A stretch of 64,000 nt of DNA from Promethearchaeota archaeon (GTDB taxonomy: Archaea; Asgardarchaeota; Lokiarchaeia; Sigyniarchaeales; SOKP01): contig JAEOTR010000057.1 in assembly GCA_016839705.1 (NCBI GenBank), forward strand, positions 1 through 64,000. Direction: 5' to 3'. Positions within the stretch are counted from its first letter, which is position 1, and every line of letters starts with the position of its first letter. Shown piece after piece: positions 58,412 to 64,000 of this stretch. A program made the translations under genes and the position numbers. The notes under the pieces are model-generated. The model saw only the letters and a program-made list of their open reading frames with translations, was not told the origin of the DNA and did not search any database.

Positions 58412-59215
58412 TTAGATTTTTTTAAAAATAAACGCAATGTTCATTATTTTCTTTAAGGACTGGTATTTCGCATCAATCTTCATGAGGTTAGATAGAATAT
58501 TTACAATTAAATCCCAGATTTTACCAAATATATAGTTGTTTTCATATCTACATCTCAGAGTACTTATATTTTTTTCAACTTTAGAGGGATTTGTTGATTG
58601 GATATCTGAGATTCGCATTAATTGCCCATATATTCCAAATGTCTTGAGATGTTTTAAATTAAATTTTCTGAAGAGGTGTATTATTTCTTCAATTTCATAT
58701 CTTCTACGGTGTCCAATTAATTTATCTTGATATGTGTAATATTTCATTCTATGAGGAACAGTTATGATGACTAATCCATTTCTTTTAAGAACTCTGCTCA
58801 TCTCTGAAATCGCTAATTGGTCTTTTTTAACATGTTCTAACACATCAAGAGCACTTATAAACTCAATGGAGTTGTTTCTATAGGGTAAACTTATAAGATC
58901 CCCACATAAAGGGTGCCACCCATTTTCATTAGTATATTGGGTTAAAGGAAGACTTGCAATATCAAAGAAAGATTTAATCTCAACATTATCTAAATGGGTG
59001 AGAATGGAATTACCAGAAGAACCAAGATCAATACCGTGGTTAAATTTTCTATTATGACTCAAACTTGCCTTTATAAGGTCAAATTTACATTTTATCCCCG
59101 GAGATATATTATATTCTAACGCAGTCCTACACGAAAAGTTCTTATGCTTGTCGTAAAATTCTTTTAGCATTTCATAATCGGATAATTTTTTATTACTAAG
59201 TTTAAAAATATTCAA
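58412..59215 (-). CDS. Class I SAM-dependent methyltransferase
   Basis: IDLGS, GDLISLPY, DVLEHV, RVLKRNG and GHRRRY motifs. Confidence 0.85.
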   Translation of the reverse strand: MNIFKLSNKKLSDYEMLKEFYDKHKNFSCRTALEYNISPGIKCKFDLIKASLSHNRKFNHGIDLGSSGNSILTHLDNVEIKSFFDIASLPLTQYTNENGWHPLCGDLISLPYRNNSIEFISALDVLEHVKKDQLAISEMSRVLKRNGLVIITVPHRMKYYTYQDKLIGHRRRYEIEEIIHLFRKFNLKHLKTFGIYGQLMRISDIQSTNPSKVEKNISTLRCRYENNYIFGKIWDLIVNILSNLMKIDAKYQSLKKIMNIAFIFKKI

Positions 59216-59258
59216 ATATTAAAATTTAACATCTAGCAATCAAAGTGTCAAATTTAAG

Positions 59259-59663
59259 ATGATTCAATTAAGTGTGTTCCTAGACGATCGACCCGGCATG
59301 TTAGCTAAATTCATTAAACTTCTAATGGATAACAAAATTTTTATTAGAGCTTTAACTGTTGCAAAAACACCTGAATATGGATTACTATTGATCTTAGTAG
59401 ATAAACCAAAAGAGTGTATTGATCTTTTAGAGGAAAATAATTACCTTCTTTCCACCACAGAAGTTATTGCTATTAGATTAAACGATCATCCACAAGCATT
59501 ATATGAGATTCCAAAATCCTTAGGCGATAATAAAATCAATATTGATTATTGCTATTCTACTTTAGTAAAAGATGATTCCATGTTGATTGTGCGTGTGGAA
59601 GACGATTTTATCAATGAAGCAGTAGAAACACTGCAAAAAACAGGATTCACAATTATTGAATAA
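59259..59663 (+). CDS. Tandem ACT domain protein
   Basis: QLSVFLDDRPGML and INIDYCY motifs; type commonly found near ior genes. Confidence 0.88.
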   Translation: MIQLSVFLDDRPGMLAKFIKLLMDNKIFIRALTVAKTPEYGLLLILVDKPKECIDLLEENNYLLSTTEVIAIRLNDHPQALYEIPKSLGDNKINIDYCYSTLVKDDSMLIVRVEDDFINEAVETLQKTGFTIIE

Positions 59664-59664
59664 T

Positions 59665-61056
59665 CTAATTTTCATTACTTTGATTCAACTTTTTCAATAA
59701 TCTCATTCTTTCTACTAATATTTTTATTGCAAAGGTCGCATCATGAGGGGTATAAAAAATTGCTGCTTTTTCTCGTCTTGAATGTTCCCTTAAATCCTTA
59801 AATTCTTCACTAAACAAAATCAATGAAATTAACGGCTTCTTTCTGTCAGTATCATTCCAAGCTCTTATTATCCCTCTGTAGTGTTCATCGGGTTTCATTT
59901 CTAAAAAGGGGGGGACAACAACAGAGGCAACTACTATACTAATATTCGCATCTTCAAGCATCAACTTTGTGATATTGTAATATGTTTCTTCATCTGCTCC
60001 TCCAATCATATCGAGAGGATTTACTACTTTGACTAAAGGTATTAAATAAGTGGATAATTTTTCTACTAAAGTACCAGAAAAATCCGCTAATTCTAATTTA
60101 AATTGTTCTATTTTGTCACTAAATAACACAGAACTTCCTCCGCTATTAGTAAGAACACCTATTTTCTCTCCTTGAGGTATTGGTAAAAAAGAGAAAGTTT
60201 TAAGAGCTGTAATATAATCATTTGCATTCTCACACAATACTATCCCCTTTTGTTTTAAAGATGATTTTAACACTTTGTAATTTGTTGCTATTGAACCAGT
60301 ATGGCTACTAGCAGCCTTCATCCCTAAATGTGTTCTACCTCCTTTTAAAACAATAACGGGTTTATTAGGGATAATTCTATTAACCGTTTCAAGGAACTTT
60401 CTTCCATTTTCAATTGTTTCTATATATACACAAATTAGTTGAGTATGTTCATCTGTGTTTAAAAATTCTAAGATTTCACTGAAAGATACATCCACTCCAT
60501 TACCAATATTAGCGAATTTAGTGCATCCAATATATTCTCTTTCCATTGCATAAAAGGTTGCGCATCCAAAGGAACCGGATTGACTTAGCATACCAATATC
60601 TCCCAATGGAGCAGTTTGGATAAAGGAAGCATTTAATCCCGTATTTAAATTTTGAATTCCAACACAATTTGGCCCCATTACGCGAATTCCTGCATTATTA
60701 CACCTCTTAGCAATCTCAATTTCATTTATCTTTCCCTCTTCATTTATTTCACCAAAACCTGCGGTAATGATTATAATCCCCTTAACCTCTTTTTTAATAC
60801 ATTGGTTAATGACTTCATCAATGGCTTTTGCGGGAACCAATATTATTGCTACATCAATATCTTTAGGGATGTCTAAGATTGATCTATAACATTCTAAACC
60901 AGAGATTTCCTGACTTTTACGGGAAACAAGAAATAATTCACTTTGAAGATTTGAATTCTGAAGGAGGTTGATAGTTACTGCATTACCAAATTTTTTTGGA
61001 TTACTTGTTGCTCCAATCACAGCAATGGATTTAGGATTAAAAAAAAATGAGACCAT
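59665..61056 (-). CDS. acdA: ADP-forming acyl-CoA synthetase alpha subunit
   Basis: PKSIAVIGA, GPNCVG, SQSGS, SHTGS phospho-His, TNSGG and NPLD motifs; likely start ATG 61056. Confidence 0.88.
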   Translation of the reverse strand: MVSFFFNPKSIAVIGATSNPKKFGNAVTINLLQNSNLQSELFLVSRKSQEISGLECYRSILDIPKDIDVAIILVPAKAIDEVINQCIKKEVKGIIIITAGFGEINEEGKINEIEIAKRCNNAGIRVMGPNCVGIQNLNTGLNASFIQTAPLGDIGMLSQSGSFGCATFYAMEREYIGCTKFANIGNGVDVSFSEILEFLNTDEHTQLICVYIETIENGRKFLETVNRIIPNKPVIVLKGGRTHLGMKAASSHTGSIATNYKVLKSSLKQKGIVLCENANDYITALKTFSFLPIPQGEKIGVLTNSGGSSVLFSDKIEQFKLELADFSGTLVEKLSTYLIPLVKVVNPLDMIGGADEETYYNITKLMLEDANISIVVASVVVPPFLEMKPDEHYRGIIRAWNDTDRKKPLISLILFSEEFKDLREHSRREKAAIFYTPHDATFAIKILVERMRLLKKLNQSNEN

Positions 61057-61060
61057 TGTA

Positions 61061-62968
61061 CTATTCCCCCTCCTCTTTATAAATTGCATCATGAATACAT
61101 ACGTCTATACACACACCACATCCCCTGCAACTTTCTTGATCAATATGTGCTTTCTTTTCCCTCTCCTTGAAAATTATTGATGGACATCCAAATTTGTCTA
61201 CACATAAAAGACATCCTTTACATTTCTCGGGATCAATTTTAATAATGGGAGTTTTAATTTGTTTTAACCTAAATTCATTTATTTCTAGTAAAGAACATTT
61301 ATGCCGGGAGATGAAAACTCTAACACCCTTAGCATTAACTGCATCTTCTAATTTTTCTATCATTTCCGGCAAATTATTTGAATCTACAACCCATAAATTT
61401 TCTTTTTTTACACCACATCCTTGAACAAGATCCTCGATTATAACTCTTGTACCGATTTCTTTTGTTATTTTGATTCCTGTTCCGGGATTATCTTGAAATC
61501 CTGTCATACTCGTTGCTCTATTATCCAAAATCATGACAAGAATATCATTTTGATTGTGAACTGCATTTATTAGTGCTGGGATTCCTGAATGAAAAAATGT
61601 TGAATCTCCTAAAATCGCTAAAACGGGATTTTTTTCAGACTGAATTTTAGAAATTCCATTTGCTAGTCCGATTGATGCCCCCATACAAATTTCTGTATCC
61701 AACCCTTCAAGGGGTTTATAGACTGCCAAGGTATAACATCCAATGTCAGAAGAATTTACAAACTTCGTTTTCATTTTTTTTTCTATTTGCTTTATAGCAT
61801 AAAAGCTTGAACGATGGGAACAACCGGGACATAAAATGGGCAATCTTGGTGGTATAATTAATAAATCATTAGGGACAGCAACACTAGCATACTCTAAATC
61901 CATTAAACCAGCTAAAGTTTCTAAATATAATTCTGCAGGAAATTCTCCATTCTGGGGTAAAAAATCCTTTCCATGAATTTCTACTTCTTTTGCTAAACCT
62001 TCTTCATATGCTATTTGTTTTAATATATTTTCTATGAAGGGTTCTAATTCTTCCACAACAAGAACTCTATCAACTTCCTTCAATAGCTCTTTTATTAATC
62101 TTTTTGGAGGAGGAAAAACCATTCCCAGTTTCAGAATCGAAACCTTCTCCCTTATATTGAAAAAGTTAAGAGCATCTATTAATTGAGCATAAGGGATCCC
62201 TGCGGCCACAAATCCATATCTTTTTCCATTGATTTTTTCATCTGAAATTTTAAGCGAATTATAAGGAAATTCATTCGCAAAATCAGAAATTTCCTGTAAC
62301 CTTTCAAGTAGTTTAAAACGAAGAACTCTTGAATGTGAAGGTAAGCATACCCAACGAGATCGATCCCAATCAAATCCATATTCTCTGTCAATTTTTTTAA
62401 TTTCTCCGAGTACTACATCTCCTCTACCATGATTCAATCTTGTTGTTGTACGAAACAAAACAAGTGTTTGAAAATCTTCTGAAAAATCGAATGCATACTT
62501 AATCAAGTCTTTAGCTTCCTGGGGTGTAGAAGGTTCAAAAATAGGAACTAAAGCATGTAAACCAAAATATCTGTTATCTTGTTCATTTTGGGAACTATAG
62601 CAGCTTGGATCGTCAGCAGAAATTAATACCATCCCTCCTCGCGCTCCCGCATATGCTGCGGTCATAAACGCATCAGATGCAACATTCAAACCAACATGTT
62701 TCATACTCGCAAAAGATCGGGCGTTTGACATTGAACCTCCATAAGCTACTTCAAAAGCAACTTTTTCATTAATACTCCATTCTACTTTTAGGTTTGGGTA
62801 ATATTTTTGCATTTCAGCTAAAGTGGACAAGATCTCTGATGAGGGCGTTCCGGGATATCCTGCCCCAATTACAACTCCTGCTTCTAATATGCCACGTGCT
62901 ATTGCTTCATTCCCAAGTAAGATTATACGCAAGCCTGGTGCATTTTCTACAAATTGTGGAATACTCAT
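61061..62968 (-). CDS. iorA: Indolepyruvate:ferredoxin oxidoreductase alpha subunit
   Basis: LGNEAIARG, YPGTPSSE, KHVGLNVA, SQNEQD, CPGCSH, DIGCY, GDSTFFHSG and ferredoxin Cys clusters. Confidence 0.95.
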   Translation of the reverse strand: MSIPQFVENAPGLRIILLGNEAIARGILEAGVVIGAGYPGTPSSEILSTLAEMQKYYPNLKVEWSINEKVAFEVAYGGSMSNARSFASMKHVGLNVASDAFMTAAYAGARGGMVLISADDPSCYSSQNEQDNRYFGLHALVPIFEPSTPQEAKDLIKYAFDFSEDFQTLVLFRTTTRLNHGRGDVVLGEIKKIDREYGFDWDRSRWVCLPSHSRVLRFKLLERLQEISDFANEFPYNSLKISDEKINGKRYGFVAAGIPYAQLIDALNFFNIREKVSILKLGMVFPPPKRLIKELLKEVDRVLVVEELEPFIENILKQIAYEEGLAKEVEIHGKDFLPQNGEFPAELYLETLAGLMDLEYASVAVPNDLLIIPPRLPILCPGCSHRSSFYAIKQIEKKMKTKFVNSSDIGCYTLAVYKPLEGLDTEICMGASIGLANGISKIQSEKNPVLAILGDSTFFHSGIPALINAVHNQNDILVMILDNRATSMTGFQDNPGTGIKITKEIGTRVIIEDLVQGCGVKKENLWVVDSNNLPEMIEKLEDAVNAKGVRVFISRHKCSLLEINEFRLKQIKTPIIKIDPEKCKGCLLCVDKFGCPSIIFKEREKKAHIDQESCRGCGVCIDVCIHDAIYKEEGE

Positions 62969-63582
62969 TTTATTTCACTTATAATAAATTTACCTTTTTC
63001 AATTCCTTTCTTAAAAGCAATCTCATTAATTTTCTGATATTTCTTAGGAATTAGTACCATCATAGATTTTTCTATTGCCTCCCGAGAGATAGGTAATTTT
63101 CCTGAGCCCAATAAAACTCCTAGCATTAATACATTTAAAGTACGCGGATTACCCAATTTCAGTGCTTCTTCATGCCCATTAACAAGAAAAATATTTGACG
63201 AGATCTGATGCAAAAATTTTTGAATATTCTCAATATTCGGATATTCCATATCCATTGAATGTACTGTTGGGGGTACAATGATTTTATTGTTTATGAAAAT
63301 GAAAGTATTAGAATCAGCATAATTAAAATAACGTACAGCTTCACTTGCTTCAAAAGCTAAAACTACTTGGCAATTGCCTTTTGCAATTAAAGGACCTTCA
63401 ATCCCACTTCCAAATCGAAGAAAAGAGGCCACAGAACCTCCTCTCTGTGCCATTCCATGAGTCTCTGCTGTTCGGACTTTATAATTATCAAATAACGCAG
63501 CCTTTGTGAGAATTTGTATAGCACTAATAACACCTTGACCACCTACACCAACGATCAGAAGGTTAAAGTTTCTAATTTCCAT
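62965..63582 (-). CDS. iorB: Indolepyruvate:ferredoxin oxidoreductase beta subunit
   Basis: GVGGQG and ETHGMAQRGGSV motifs; 4-bp overlap with iorA. Confidence 0.95.
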   Translation of the reverse strand: MEIRNFNLLIVGVGGQGVISAIQILTKAALFDNYKVRTAETHGMAQRGGSVASFLRFGSGIEGPLIAKGNCQVVLAFEASEAVRYFNYADSNTFIFINNKIIVPPTVHSMDMEYPNIENIQKFLHQISSNIFLVNGHEEALKLGNPRTLNVLMLGVLLGSGKLPISREAIEKSMMVLIPKKYQKINEIAFKKGIEKGKFIISEIK

Positions 63583-63788
63583 GATGCGTTTCTTTGATTG
63601 CTTTATAGAATAAAATATTTTACTATTGCTACTTAATCACTAGTTTTTAATTAACTTATACATGATCATAACTAATGGGAATAATCTCCCATATTTTATT
63701 ATCTGAACTAGCTGATAAATAATAGTTTCCTCTAAACTAAACAAATTTTAAAAATAAAAAAAAGGAAGGTAAGTAAATATCACTTAAT

Positions 63789-64000
63789 TTAACTTATTAT
63801 TTTGCCTAAATCTTTTCTAGTCTGCTTTGTTTTCTTGTTTGTAATGTAAAATCCAATAAAATAGGCAATTAAAACAAGAGCAAATAGGATTATTGTTGAA
63901 AGATAAAACCACCGCCCCAATTGTCCCATGACATCCATAATTATCCATTTAAGTAGCCATACTGCTAATCCACCACCTATAACGAATAAAATGTCAAAAA
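63789..64000 (-). CDS. 3' end of a membrane protein (partial, enters from outside window)
   Basis: Manual translation ...FDILFVIGGGLAVWLLKWIIMDVMGQLGRWFYLSTIILFALVLIAYFIGFYITNKKTKQTRKDLGKIIS*. Confidence 0.65.
   Translation of the reverse strand, partial: FDILFVIGGGLAVWLLKWIIMDVMGQLGRWFYLSTIILFALVLIAYFIGFYITNKKTKQTRKDLGKIIS

Noticed and set aside
1-64000. CRISPR arrays, transposases, rRNA, defence systems
   Set aside because: No regularly spaced repeats, transposase motifs or rRNA-like GC-rich tracts were seen. The Sir2 is a canonical deacylase type, not a defence fusion.

Overview
A strongly AT-rich, gene-dense archaeal chromosomal segment using the standard code. Archaeal-type ribosomal proteins (uS15, eS1), archaeal PGK, longin/roadblock-like proteins, many zinc-ribbon proteins and tandem paralog expansions point to an Asgard archaeon, most likely Lokiarchaeia (inference, no search run). 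Housekeeping and metabolic content: flavodoxins, pgk, tRNA-Val(GAC), larB/larC/nikR, a heptose-kinase-like GHMP kinase, rubrerythrin, radical SAM enzymes, a sirtuin, rdgB, GDPDs, MFS transporters, three alpha/beta hydrolases, purU and iorB-iorA-acdA. The most striking locus is a 16 kb co-directional five-gene cluster (20264-36349, minus strand). It combines a MacB/FtsEX-type ABC ATPase carrying extra N- and C-terminal domains, two double-length FtsX-type permeases, a 1308-aa membrane-anchored Ig-like surface protein, and a 1607-aa receptor-like subtilase with a cytoplasmic Cys-rich tail. Other items worth checking: a 26-aa mini-domain shared by two unrelated ATPases, a 76-aa ubiquitin-like protein without GG, a repeated NikR-type operator before larC and the nikR unit, an RNase III, a short-alpha3 histone, a frameshifted H1-like gene and a tRNA with a non-canonical T-stem pair. 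No transposase, integrase, CRISPR array or rRNA was seen. All family calls come from motif recognition by eye.
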